Positions 38,688-49,300 of a stretch of 64,000 nt of DNA are shown one piece after another (position 1 is the stretch's first letter; each line of letters opens with the position of its first letter). Under the pieces are notes generated by a model, which was not told the DNA's origin, made no database searches, and was given only the letters and a program-made list of their open reading frames with translations. The position numbers were made by a program, and so were the translations under genes. Origin of the DNA: Pseudomonadota bacterium (GTDB lineage Bacteria; UBA10199; 2-02-FULL-44-16; JBDRGF01); assembly GCA_043818055.1 (NCBI GenBank), contig JBDRGF010000033.1:52363-116362 (forward strand). The letters are read 5' to 3'.

Positions 38688-39998
38688 ATGCAAAGCGTCC
38701 ATCTCATAAGCCTTGGATGTTCGAAAAATCTTGTAGATTCGGAGGTTATGCTTGGGAGCCTTCTGAACGCGGGCTTTGTTCTGGCTGCAGATCCGAAAGT
38801 GGCAGAGATCATTATCGTCAATACCTGCGCTTTCATAGATGAGGCCAAGGAGGAGGCGATCGACACCATCCTCGAAGCGGCTAAATTTAAAAGGGAGGGT
38901 GCGTGTAAATATCTGATCGTAACGGGATGCCTCGCGCAGAGATATCAGGACGAACTGGTCGAATTGCTTCCGGAGGTTGATCTCTTTGTAGGCACTGGGG
39001 AGTTTCCGAAAATCGCATCGCTCATCAAAGATATAGAAAATGCAGATAAGCTAAATATCGGGACCCCTGAATTTCTCTACGATCATGAGTCTCAGCGCGT
39101 TTCTCTTACAAAACCCCATCTTGCTTACGTCAAGATAGCAGAGGGTTGCTCCAACAATTGCAGCTACTGCGCCATACCAAAAATCAGAGGAAGGTACAGA
39201 AGCAGGGACACCGAATCTGTCATCTCTGAGGTGAAGAATCTATTAAATAGAGGCGTTAAAGAGATCAACCTGATAGCACAGGATACGACTGCCTTTGGTT
39301 CAGATTTGAAATCAGAGCATAAACTCACACACCTTTTGAATAGGCTGAATGATCTTCCCGATAAAAAATGGATTCGGCTTTTGTACACATACCCCAATTC
39401 GATAACGAAGGAGCTTTTGGATATTGTTAATTCTAAAAACGACATCGTCCCATATCTCGACATACCTGTTCAGCATATAAGCGATAAGATATTGACCTGC
39501 ATGCGGCGCAGAGGAAACAGCGAGGAATTGAGAAGGCTATTCACATTGATTCGCAAATACTATCCGAACATATTTTTGAGGACGACTGTCATGGTTGGAT
39601 TTCCGGGAGAGGGCAAAAAGGAATTCGATGAGCTCATAAAATTCGTGACGGAGTTTGAATTCGATCATCTGGGATGCTTTGTCTTTTCGCCGCAGGATGG
39701 AACTTCCGCCGCGAAGATGAAGGGGCATGTGAATAAAGAGATAGCGATTGCGAGACGCAATACAATAATGGATCTACAGAGGGAGATTTCGGAAAAGAGA
39801 CTGGAAGCACTGATAGGCAAAGACCTCGAAGTCCTCTTCGAAGGTGAGAGTGCGAGGCACGCGGGTCAGGCCCCGGATGTCGATGGCATAGTCGAGATCG
39901 AAGGAAAGCTCCCGAAGGCGGGAGAATTCGTCAAAGTCAAAATAACATCCTCGTCTGATTACGATTTGACAGGCACAATCTCAGGCTTGACATCTTAA
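38688..39998 (+). CDS. rimO: Ribosomal protein S12 methylthiotransferase
   Basis: SLGCSKNLVDSE, NTCAFI, KIAEGCSNNCSYCAIP, WIRLLYTYP, APDVDG and TRAM domain. Confidence 0.94.
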   Translation: MQSVHLISLGCSKNLVDSEVMLGSLLNAGFVLAADPKVAEIIIVNTCAFIDEAKEEAIDTILEAAKFKREGACKYLIVTGCLAQRYQDELVELLPEVDLFVGTGEFPKIASLIKDIENADKLNIGTPEFLYDHESQRVSLTKPHLAYVKIAEGCSNNCSYCAIPKIRGRYRSRDTESVISEVKNLLNRGVKEINLIAQDTTAFGSDLKSEHKLTHLLNRLNDLPDKKWIRLLYTYPNSITKELLDIVNSKNDIVPYLDIPVQHISDKILTCMRRRGNSEELRRLFTLIRKYYPNIFLRTTVMVGFPGEGKKEFDELIKFVTEFEFDHLGCFVFSPQDGTSAAKMKGHVNKEIAIARRNTIMDLQREISEKRLEALIGKDLEVLFEGESARHAGQAPDVDGIVEIEGKLPKAGEFVKVKITSSSDYDLTGTISGLTS

Positions 39999-40062
39999 AC
40001 ACAATATTGTCAATCTCCACAGGTTTTCAACTCAAAAAAATTGAAATCATCGGGGGAGAGAC

Positions 40063-42234
40063 ATGCATCACATCATTGGATATCCAATCGGGGCAGGGGC
40101 TTACTCACAAATTCTTTACAAACCAAACGCTATTACGAATCGAATACCGCCTGAAATATCCCCATCGATCACCGAAACAAACGAGACTCCTTTTACAAAC
40201 GAACTACAAAAGAGCATTTTAACTGACAATTTACAAACCAGCGGTTTATTTTCTCCCGAAACTCCACAGCTACCTACAAATCGCATACCCGCCCCAAGCT
40301 TTATCGATACGACCTTTGAGTCTCTAGCCTTAACACTCGAAGGGGCTTTTGATGCTGGAAAACGCGTCGCAAATCAACTTGTCGAATCCGCACAGCATTT
40401 TGCAGGTACATTGTCTGATAATTTTGATTCGATACCTTTCAAACAAAAGCTTGGTTTTACCGCCATAACGGCCTCCACGCTTCTGATTGGATGCAACCTC
40501 TCCCCTGATCTATCTCAAGCCTTGAAGAATGCCTTCATTCAGGCCTTCGGCGGATTAGGAATTTTTTTCCTCGGCATGAAGATGATGTCGGATGGATTAG
40601 AAAATGCTGCAGAAGGCAAACTGCAAAAAATTATTCAAAAATGCACCGACAATGTTTTATTGGGGACTACAGTCGGAGCAGGGTTAACTGCAATTATTCA
40701 ATCGAGCTCAGCACTTTCTATGATGGTCATCAGCGCCATCCAAGCAAGGATTATGACTCTAAGGCAAGGCATCAGCTTGATGTTTGGAGCTAACATCGGC
40801 ACCACAATGACTGGAATCTTACTCTCCTTAAAAGCCTCCAGTCTAGCGCTTCCACTTATTGGAGTTGGAGTACTTGCAAATCAATTTTTACCAGATAAAA
40901 AAGTTATCCTAAAAAATGCTGGGCTTGCTTTAGCTGGACTTGGTGCCGTCTTTCTTGGCATGAAATTTATGTCAGCGGGATTTAAAGATACCGTTATCAA
41001 AGAGGCTCTGAGCACTTTCTTCTCAACCATGTCTGGAAATAATCATTGGGAAATTTTTTTATGCATTTTCTCAGGAACCGTTGCCACAGCCGTTGTTCAA
41101 TCATCATCAGCAACCTTGGGAATCGTTCTTGCTCTGACCAAAGCTGGCGTAATTAATTTTAACACAGCTGCAGCACTGGTCTTTGGGCTTAATATCGGCA
41201 CAGTAATAACGGCTTTCTTAGCAGTAGCAAGGCCGGGGACCTCTGTTGAAGCAAGAAGGTTGGCCGCATCCCATCTTCTCTTCAATACATTGGGAACAGC
41301 AATGCTATTTCCGATTGCTCCATTTTATATCAGCTCGTTTCATGATATTTCCACCTACCTTGGCATCGACAATCCGGTTAAACAGGTGGCGGCCTTTCAC
41401 TTGGGTTTTAATGCACTCGCAACAACCTGCTTTCTACCCATGATCAATTACTTTCAAAGATTCGTTGAATGGATTTTGCCAGATAAAAATATTGAAGATG
41501 ACCCCTTTGGAATGAGTGCCCTACACGAATCGTTGCTAGTTACTCCAGATATAGCGGTGTTGGCTTCACACAAAGTTATGACAAGCCTGAGTTTGCCTCT
41601 AGTAACAAGCTACGCTGATCTAGAAAAGTTTTTAATTGGAAAATCGGGTGAGGATATTCAAGCTGCAATAGATGAAATCCGAGCATTGGAAGAGGGCTCT
41701 GACGAAGTCAAAAAAAGACTTAAAAAATGGGGGAAAGATGCAGTTCCGCCTGAGCTCAGAGATCTATTCGATCAACAGATCATTACAGCAGGACTGGAGG
41801 GCATATTCGACGGACCTAAACGTATTATAAAAGCACTTCTATCACTTTATGCAAACGACATATCCATTCCTGACGAATCAAGAGAATCTATGTTAAATGT
41901 TCACAACGCTACTGTTGAATTCGTATTACATGTAAACACACTCCTTCACTCTCGAGACCTTTCAGAGATATCAGACGATACGAAGGCTGATATAAGATTG
42001 AATATTGCTAGAGAACGAATAACAATCCGAAAACTTATCAACTCTCACAAAGAAAACCACAACTTACGACTCAGTGGAGATAACGGGAGCAATAAGGCTC
42101 ATATTGCAGTAAATATTAAATTTATTGAAATCATGGATCTCTATGAACAGATCGCTAGGCGAGCAAAGAACATAGCCGATGCACTTATTGGGAAAAGGAC
42201 AATTAATAACAAAAGTCTATTGCAAAAATCCTGA
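40063..42234 (+). CDS. Na/Pi cotransporter family protein with ~130-aa N-terminal extension and PhoU-like tail
   Basis: GMKMMSDGL, IIQSSSA, GANIGTT, VVQSSSA, GLNIGT. Confidence 0.88.
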   Translation: MHHIIGYPIGAGAYSQILYKPNAITNRIPPEISPSITETNETPFTNELQKSILTDNLQTSGLFSPETPQLPTNRIPAPSFIDTTFESLALTLEGAFDAGKRVANQLVESAQHFAGTLSDNFDSIPFKQKLGFTAITASTLLIGCNLSPDLSQALKNAFIQAFGGLGIFFLGMKMMSDGLENAAEGKLQKIIQKCTDNVLLGTTVGAGLTAIIQSSSALSMMVISAIQARIMTLRQGISLMFGANIGTTMTGILLSLKASSLALPLIGVGVLANQFLPDKKVILKNAGLALAGLGAVFLGMKFMSAGFKDTVIKEALSTFFSTMSGNNHWEIFLCIFSGTVATAVVQSSSATLGIVLALTKAGVINFNTAAALVFGLNIGTVITAFLAVARPGTSVEARRLAASHLLFNTLGTAMLFPIAPFYISSFHDISTYLGIDNPVKQVAAFHLGFNALATTCFLPMINYFQRFVEWILPDKNIEDDPFGMSALHESLLVTPDIAVLASHKVMTSLSLPLVTSYADLEKFLIGKSGEDIQAAIDEIRALEEGSDEVKKRLKKWGKDAVPPELRDLFDQQIITAGLEGIFDGPKRIIKALLSLYANDISIPDESRESMLNVHNATVEFVLHVNTLLHSRDLSEISDDTKADIRLNIARERITIRKLINSHKENHNLRLSGDNGSNKAHIAVNIKFIEIMDLYEQIARRAKNIADALIGKRTINNKSLLQKS

Positions 42235-42312
42235 CAACTCGTACAGGATCGCACAATACATTTTACCATTGTAAATCACACAACAGGTGCGTATATATAT
42301 CATCGCTTTTAA

Positions 42313-42385
42313 GCGTCCGTGGCTCAACGGATAGAGCATCGGTCTTCGGAACCGAGGGTTACAGGTTCGAGTCCTGTCGGACGCG
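42313..42385 (+). tRNA. tRNA-Arg (UCG)
   Basis: GCGTCCG acceptor stem, TCGGT-CTTCGGA-ACCGA anticodon arm, ACAGG-TTCGAGT-CCTGT T-arm. Confidence 0.95.
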
Positions 42386-42496
42386 CAATATATATAGAGG
42401 ACTCGAAAAGAGCCCGAAGGGCTCTAAGTTCGACGACCTCCCGACAGTATGGTTTATCTCATGCTGAAGTGTCGGCGATGCTTTATTCGCCGACGC

Positions 42497-42512
42497 CCTG
42501 TCGGACGCGCAA
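42497..42512 (+). repeat. 16-bp direct repeat of the tRNA-Arg 3' end
   Basis: CCTGTCGGACGCGCAA at 42373-42388 and 42497-42512. Confidence 0.8.
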
Positions 42513-42591
42513 CGATTTTCCGCAAGGAAAATCGAGAAAATAGAAAATGGTTGATCGAAAATTGAGGTAAAACCAAAGGAAAACACAAACC

Positions 42592-42900
42592 ATGACAATC
42601 CTAGCCTACCTAATAATCGCCCTATCAAAGGTGATCGGCCTAATAATCAACATCTACACATTCATAGTCATAATCGCAGCTCTAATCAGCTGGGTCAGCC
42701 CCGATCCACACAATCCAATCGTAAAGCTGGTATATGGCCTCACCTGGCCGGTGTTCGCACGGATAAGGCGCTTCCTTCCAGAACCACTGAGACGCTTACC
42801 GATAGACATATCCCCGATAATCGTACTGATTTTATTAGTTTTGATAGATACGATAGTAGTTGGAATGCTTTATAATTACGGCACTCGCATGATGCACTAA
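42592..42900 (+). CDS. yggT: YggT family membrane protein
   Basis: ALISWVSPDPHNPIV, IRRFLP, IDISPII. Confidence 0.92.
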   Translation: MTILAYLIIALSKVIGLIINIYTFIVIIAALISWVSPDPHNPIVKLVYGLTWPVFARIRRFLPEPLRRLPIDISPIIVLILLVLIDTIVVGMLYNYGTRMMH

Positions 42901-43793
42901 GAGGAGGTCTTTATCGACTTCTTCACGTTCTTCGCCTCTTCACGCAAAAACTGCATGAACTGAATTGCAGCCTTGGGAAGTTTCTCATCTTTCCGATAGA
43001 TGAGACCCACCGAGCGCTTGGCCTCGGTTTTGATGGGAAGCTGAAATATTCTCTTGTTCCTGAGATCGTCAAAAACAGTGTAATAAGGCACAAGTGAGAT
43101 TCCCATCCCTGCTTCGATCATAGCGACTATAGCGGCGATTTTCCTCACTTCGACGATATTTCTCGGTACGAACTTCAACATAGCGGTCACTTCATCGATG
43201 AGAGAGCGCGTCTTGGCGTATCTCGGGAAGATGACAAAATTCTTCGACTCGAGCTCACTGACCTTCTTTATCTTTTTATCTTTTTCAGAGCCTACAAATA
43301 TCAGGGGCTCTTCAAACAGGACTTCAATTCCCAGAGATTTAGGGGCATCATCTACAACACAGATGCCAAAATCCACCTCATGTTCCTCCAGGCTTCTTAT
43401 CACAAATGCACTGGCATTGATAGATGGGTACAGGAGTATATCCTCGTTCACTTTAAGCAGCTTTTTCATCGCAGGGGATGCGATCGAAAAGGCGACAGAG
43501 TCGATCATCGAAAATCGCAAAGTCTCTTTCAGCCTTAGCTCCTTATCCATAAAAAACTGGTCGATTTCATCGATCTTTTTGAGAGCCCCCTTGGCCATAG
43601 TGTAGAGTTGTTCCCCCTCAGGTGTGAGCTCAATGCCATTTCCCTTCCGGCGGATAAGCGCTAAGCCATATCTGTTTTCAAGAAACCTCACATGCTGAGT
43701 CACAGCAGGCTGTGTCAAATAAAGGCTTTTAGCGGCCAAAGTTAAACTACTCAGCTCTGAGATCCTGATAAATGTTTTTAAACGGTTATACAT
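42897..43793 (-). CDS. LysR-family transcriptional regulator
   Basis: SLTLAAKSLYLTQPAVTQHVRFLE...LTPEG. Confidence 0.92.
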   Translation of the reverse strand: MYNRLKTFIRISELSSLTLAAKSLYLTQPAVTQHVRFLENRYGLALIRRKGNGIELTPEGEQLYTMAKGALKKIDEIDQFFMDKELRLKETLRFSMIDSVAFSIASPAMKKLLKVNEDILLYPSINASAFVIRSLEEHEVDFGICVVDDAPKSLGIEVLFEEPLIFVGSEKDKKIKKVSELESKNFVIFPRYAKTRSLIDEVTAMLKFVPRNIVEVRKIAAIVAMIEAGMGISLVPYYTVFDDLRNKRIFQLPIKTEAKRSVGLIYRKDEKLPKAAIQFMQFLREEAKNVKKSIKTSS

Positions 43794-44006
43794 ATCTCTC
43801 CTATAGCAAGCGCGCCCCACCTGTTACTACAATAGATGAAATTTTTAAAGATAAAATCAAAAATGCTGTTGTTATTAATTGAAAAGGATGATCGAAACCA
43901 AGCCTGATGAAAGATTATGATCTCTCCTGCCTTCTGTGAATTCTATTCCCATGCTTCAACAATGTCAAAGAGAAGATTGAAATAATCATGACTTTTTATA
44001 CAGCAA

Positions 44007-44627
44007 TTAATAATCGAGATTCCAACCCTTGCCATGCATATTCGCCATATCCGTCTTTATGATGCGCAATTTTATATCTCTCAAAAGATTGCGAATCATT
44101 TCAAGCTGTAAACCCGACGCATTACCCTCAGTCTTCTTCAACGTCGCAAAAACAGAATTTCCCATAGATCTCATAGCCAGGGCCACACTATTTCTAACTG
44201 CAAAATTTTTATGTCCAAGGAGTTTTATCAAACTGTTAATTCCGGGGGGACCGATTTTTATCAGTGCAATCGGCATCATAATTCTGGCTAACGAATTCGA
44301 TTCACTTGTAATGATTCGAACTAATTCTGACGTAATGTGATAAGAGTATTTTCCCATCAGACTCAAATCCCGCACAGCTTTTTCACGCTCAAGCATTGGA
44401 TTATTCGTATTTTTCACAATCTGTATCAGCCTATTCGCCTTGGCTATTGACTGAGTTTCTTTTGAACCTTGTCCGGTACCTATTTTTTCCACAAGAGAAC
44501 GAGACGAATTATTGACAATAAATTTTCTATTTAAGGTTGCAGAACTTCGAACAGGAAGATTTTTCTTGCCATCATTTTTCGCACACTTCATCTTCCCTCT
44601 CACATACACTCTTTTACACTCTGCCAT
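44007..44627 (-). CDS. Basic HEAT/PBS-repeat protein
   Basis: LIKLLGHKNFAVRNSVALAMRSMG-type repeats after a Lys/Arg-rich N-terminus. AGGAG RBS. Confidence 0.72.
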   Translation of the reverse strand: MAECKRVYVRGKMKCAKNDGKKNLPVRSSATLNRKFIVNNSSRSLVEKIGTGQGSKETQSIAKANRLIQIVKNTNNPMLEREKAVRDLSLMGKYSYHITSELVRIITSESNSLARIMMPIALIKIGPPGINSLIKLLGHKNFAVRNSVALAMRSMGNSVFATLKKTEGNASGLQLEMIRNLLRDIKLRIIKTDMANMHGKGWNLDY

Positions 44628-44690
44628 GTTGATCTCCTTTTGAATATGACCCCAAATTCTTAACGTTTATATGAACTTGTCCGAACATCA

Positions 44691-46094
44691 TCATGCACGA
44701 TAGGTTTGAACTACAATGGTATTATTCTGTGTTGATCTGATCTCATATGGTCCAAATGTTGCTGCGAACAGGAATGGATCCCCTTGTTTAAACTCTGCAA
44801 GAGGTTCAGACCCGCCGATATCATATACGGCTACTCCGCCATTCAATACTATCCAACCCTGAACCTCAGTATCAGATGTATCGTTTTTCAAAACATCTCC
44901 AACATTTTCAAATGTTGCACGATTGAATGTGAAATCCGTTTCTTTTACAAGCTGTTCATACCTTGCCAATCCCGGTCCGCCCTCCTGCAATACAATTGGA
45001 GTGCGCAAGAGACTCTGTACTAAAGCATCTCCTCTCGGTGCATCCCAATCGATCGTCGCTATAGAATCATCGACATGCAATTCGCGCGGGTTTCCATCCT
45101 TATCTTTACGGCCGTAATCATAAACGCGAAATGTCGTCTCCGACGTCTCCTGCGGCTCAACAAGCAAAAGACCTGCACCGATCGCATGAATAGTGCCAGC
45201 CGGGATATAAAAGATTTCCCCCGGTTTAGCCTCTACGAAATTTAAAAATCTGGTTACATCCTCTCCCCTCCTTGCTGCCGCCTCAAATGCCTCCTTTGTA
45301 ACCCCATCCTTCAATCCGAGGTATATACCCGCACCAGGCTCTGCATCGACCACGTACCAAGCCTCAGTCTTTGATGGCTTGTCTGTCGCATAACCCTTTG
45401 GAGGATGAACTTGTACAGAGAGATTTTTGGTCAGCATTTCGGTATGTAAATCCTGCAACTTTTTTGCTAAACCCTTCACGCCAGCCTTTTCTAACGCTCC
45501 CTCAAGATACGAAAGACCAAGATGAAGCTCATGATTGTTGTGCTCTAACAGATCTGTGTATGTTTTTACTCCTAAATCCTCTTTCCAGTCTCTCCTTACA
45601 TCAAACCCGCTTTCAAGCTCCTCCAACATAGTTACAAGTGCGCCTTCCTTGTAAGGCATCCAGCTACCGGAGTTCAGAAGTTTCACCAGGAATGGCATTT
45701 TATTGTCCAAATCATCTACATTCTGTTTACCAGAGACCTCACCGGGAAAAATTTCACTTAAGCGGTTGAGGGGTATGGTAAGTTCTTGACCATCCACACT
45801 TACAACCATACCGCTGGGAAATTTCTCATGCCCTGAGTTAGCCCAGAATTCACCGACAACCTGTGGTGATTTACCTTGTAACTTTGGTATTTCTTCACCA
45901 CCCCAGGGTGTTCTCTCGGGAGGGGTATAATTGTCATTATTAAGAGCAAGAAGACCTCTTTTAAATACAGGATTCTGTGTCAACAGTACATCTACTGTAA
46001 CACCCATTTTGCCTACAAGTGTTTCAAAGTTTGCACGCTGAACCACACTCATGTTTGCAAATGGACCCTTTACGCCGACTAGACTGTTGCTCAC
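44691..46094 (-). CDS. manA: Type I mannose-6-phosphate isomerase with ~80-aa insertion
   Basis: PWGG, GEFW, FLVKLL...LSVQVHP, KTEAWY, IPAGTIHAIG, TFRVYDYGR, RELH. Confidence 0.85.
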   Translation of the reverse strand: MSNSLVGVKGPFANMSVVQRANFETLVGKMGVTVDVLLTQNPVFKRGLLALNNDNYTPPERTPWGGEEIPKLQGKSPQVVGEFWANSGHEKFPSGMVVSVDGQELTIPLNRLSEIFPGEVSGKQNVDDLDNKMPFLVKLLNSGSWMPYKEGALVTMLEELESGFDVRRDWKEDLGVKTYTDLLEHNNHELHLGLSYLEGALEKAGVKGLAKKLQDLHTEMLTKNLSVQVHPPKGYATDKPSKTEAWYVVDAEPGAGIYLGLKDGVTKEAFEAAARRGEDVTRFLNFVEAKPGEIFYIPAGTIHAIGAGLLLVEPQETSETTFRVYDYGRKDKDGNPRELHVDDSIATIDWDAPRGDALVQSLLRTPIVLQEGGPGLARYEQLVKETDFTFNRATFENVGDVLKNDTSDTEVQGWIVLNGGVAVYDIGGSEPLAEFKQGDPFLFAATFGPYEIRSTQNNTIVVQTYRA

Positions 46095-46182
46095 ACTTCA
46101 CCCCTTTCTCTACGATCGATATCATAAGGCATTCTGATGCTAGCGAGAATCTTTAAAATTTTGACAGAATAGTCAAGAAATA

Positions 46183-46390
46183 TTTATAACAAAATTTTAT
46201 TGACCTATAAGTATAATTTAGATAGTAATTGCGGTTCCAAATCGTTTAAAAGCTTAACATATTGATTTTTAAGCTATTTTTATCATTTAAATTCTAAGCA
46301 ATTTTTGCCAACAACCTAAATGGGGGAAGAAAATGAGCTTAGAAGAATGAGAAAAATTGAATTGATAAACATCTGAGAAAAGGAGCAGCT
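46183..46390 (+). promoter_or_regulatory. Upstream region duplicated at 54243-54462, containing a TTGACC-N17-TAGTAA promoter-like element
   Basis: TTTATAACAAAATTTTATTGACCTATAAGTATAATTTAGATAGTAATTGCG vs TTTATAACAAATTTTTATTGACCTATAAGAATATTTTAGGTAGTAGTTGCG. Confidence 0.75.
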
Positions 46391-49300
46391 ATGGGCACCC
46401 CAATTCCTAGTAGCACAACACAAAGAGCAGTTAAAAGACCGACTTTATCTCCACATAATCATAAACATTCAAAAAAAAGAAAGCACCCCGCAACTAAAAA
46501 ATCAACGGTGCTTCCATCAAAAAAGTTCAGAACTAAATCTAACTATTCCAAAAAACAACCAGAAAACGCCCCTGCAAGAGAAAGACCGTTTTCAAAGCCG
46601 ATAAGAACCCTCAATAAACGATGGGAACGACCGTTGACTTTCGATATCGACACTCCAATTTTAAGAAGAATTAAAAATAGAGGCAGCAAGCTCTTCCAAT
46701 ACCCTACAAGCTATCCGACTACTCCACGTGAAGTGAATTTATACACGCAACGCAGAGCCAAAATTGAAATTGGAGTGCTTATAGTCAAGTTACAAAGCAA
46801 CAAATCAAAATTGCAGATTGCAGCTGCAAAAGAATTGAAAATATTAGCGAATAGCCTTTCTTTCGCTTCGCTGACAATCCCTTATCTCAATGAATTGCTA
46901 GATAGCAATAATAATAAAGTTAAACTTGAAGTTATTAGAGCTTTAGCAGCTTTCAAAACCGAAGCATCCATAGCCATTCCAAAGTTAGTAAAAATTGTTA
47001 ATAATAATGGCAATGGGTCCGACATTAGAGCTGCTGCTGCAACAGCATTAGGAAAAATGAAAGCATCGAATGCAATTCAAGTTCTTCTGAAGGCATCATA
47101 CGAAGCAAACATTCTCGTTCGAAAGGCCTCCAAGCTAGCAATCACGAGAGGATTAGGGGCACTTGCTTTTGATGAATTAATGCGTGTGTATGATACAGCC
47201 TCATCCAATACAGATGAATACTCAAGGACAATAGAGTTGTTGGTAGAAATTTGCATAGATCCGAAAAACTCTAAGCAAATTCACCTTCCCATGATTCAGA
47301 AATTTACCACCAAATTGAGCAATGATTTAAGTGATAAAGATTTTTCAAAAAGGTTAGCTGCAATTAAAGCACTCGGCAAATTAGGTAAACATGCTTTCAT
47401 AACAATTCCCAATCTACTCATACTGCTGAAGGATAAAGACTCAAAAATAGTATTGCTAGCTATCAATGCACTGGGGCGAATAGCTGCTGGCGCTACGTTA
47501 AGAGGAGTGGTTGAAGCAATTACAGATCACTTGCACGATCGCAAATCGTCAGAAATTCGTGCTGCTGCAGCGCTTGCACTTGGAAGAATTGGCAAAGCCT
47601 CAATCAGAGCACTCCCAGATTTACGGATAATCGTAAGAACGGACATAAATAAGAATGTAAGGCACAACACCGCCTGGGCGATCGGTGAGATGGGCAAAGC
47701 TGCAAAAGCAGCGGTTGATGACCTACTCATTGGCCTGGTATCACATAATAACGGAGAGGCTGCGATAGCACTTGCTAAGGTAGATCCAAATAATGAGAAA
47801 TCCCATACTGCAATAACAAAGGCCCTTCAAAATCTTACTGATGTTCAACTCCGTTTGGATGCAGCAAATGCACTTGGGATCATAAACCACCACTCCCCTC
47901 AATCGCTCTATCCACTGATGGTAGCACTTAATGATAAATCTCCTAAAGTTCGAATAGCTGCTGCCAATGCAATTGATAAATTGGGTTTCCTAGCTGAACC
48001 TGCAGTAAAGGAACTTTTAAAAATAATAGCTACCAAAGTTAAAAAGGGTTACATAATTATAAACTCTCCCCTTGCTGCTACTGCAGCAAGGGCATTGGGA
48101 TCAATATGCACAAAAGATAAACGCTTTAAGCTTGCCATTATAATTCTGAAACTTGCGACAAAAATGAGATTTACAAAGGTTGGCTATGCTGCCCAACTCT
48201 CACTGAACAAAATTTTTAGAGCATCAATAAAGATTGAATTGCCGAAGTATTTTCAGGATTACAAAATACATAATGAAAGTATGCGCACTGCCTTTCCAAC
48301 GATGTCTCACAATAAAATGTTTGCTCACTCGGTATGGGGATACAACGACTCGGAACCGATACACGTGGTTCCACCCTCATTAATACCCTCTAGAGGAGAA
48401 ATTTCTCGCGGACTTAATCAGTGGAGAGTTGCATTCAAATCTTTCATACAATCCAGAAATCCTAATCAAACTATACACCACTTTTTAGATCTATATACTG
48501 CTTCTCTTAAAACTAATTCATTTCAATACTACAATAGCATCACACAAAAGGCGAAAAAGGAGTTAGGCGAAAGACTCCTCGATCTTAAAAATCTAGAAAA
48601 ACTCAGAGACCATGAGTATCGTCGCTCAATTGGTCCAGGTGCTTTGGCAGATCTTATGCCAACTTTAAATAACCTCCCTCCGCTTGTTAACTTCAAAACA
48701 GAACTCAGAAAACTGAAAAAGAAAATTATCTTACTGAGAATGACAATTCGAACTGCACACATAAGAAGAGGAGTAGCTATCGAGGCTGCAAAAAAAATGG
48801 TATTTATAGCAGGACATGAACTCCTAAGCCACAAGACAAACAAGGCCATCGCCTTCAACCTTATGGCAGATATCATCACGAAACAAGCTGCACCAACCGA
48901 ATCCCGAAAGCTTTACGATCAAGCTGTCAAATTTGCTGCGCAAACACCCAATAAAGCTCTGGCTGTATGGGCAAGGCTACAATCATTGAGCAATGAAATA
49001 AAAACAGCAACGCCTATAGAGGCTGGAAAGCTCTGTAAATGCGTCTTCGCTCTAAGGGATCTCCTTACCACACTTCACCGCTTAACTTCGGCCAAAAACG
49101 GCAAACAACTTAAAAAGGAATTTGCATATTTCAAACATGTAGAAGCATTAACTGAGGCTCTCGGCATAAAAACAGCCAGAGACATTAGCTACGATGTAAA
49201 AAGATTGAGATTGAGACTCCTTAACCCTCTACGCATTGTTAAATTAATCAGTGAAGCTGGAATTGATAAGCCTGAGGATCTCAACACATTCGCCTCTCGA

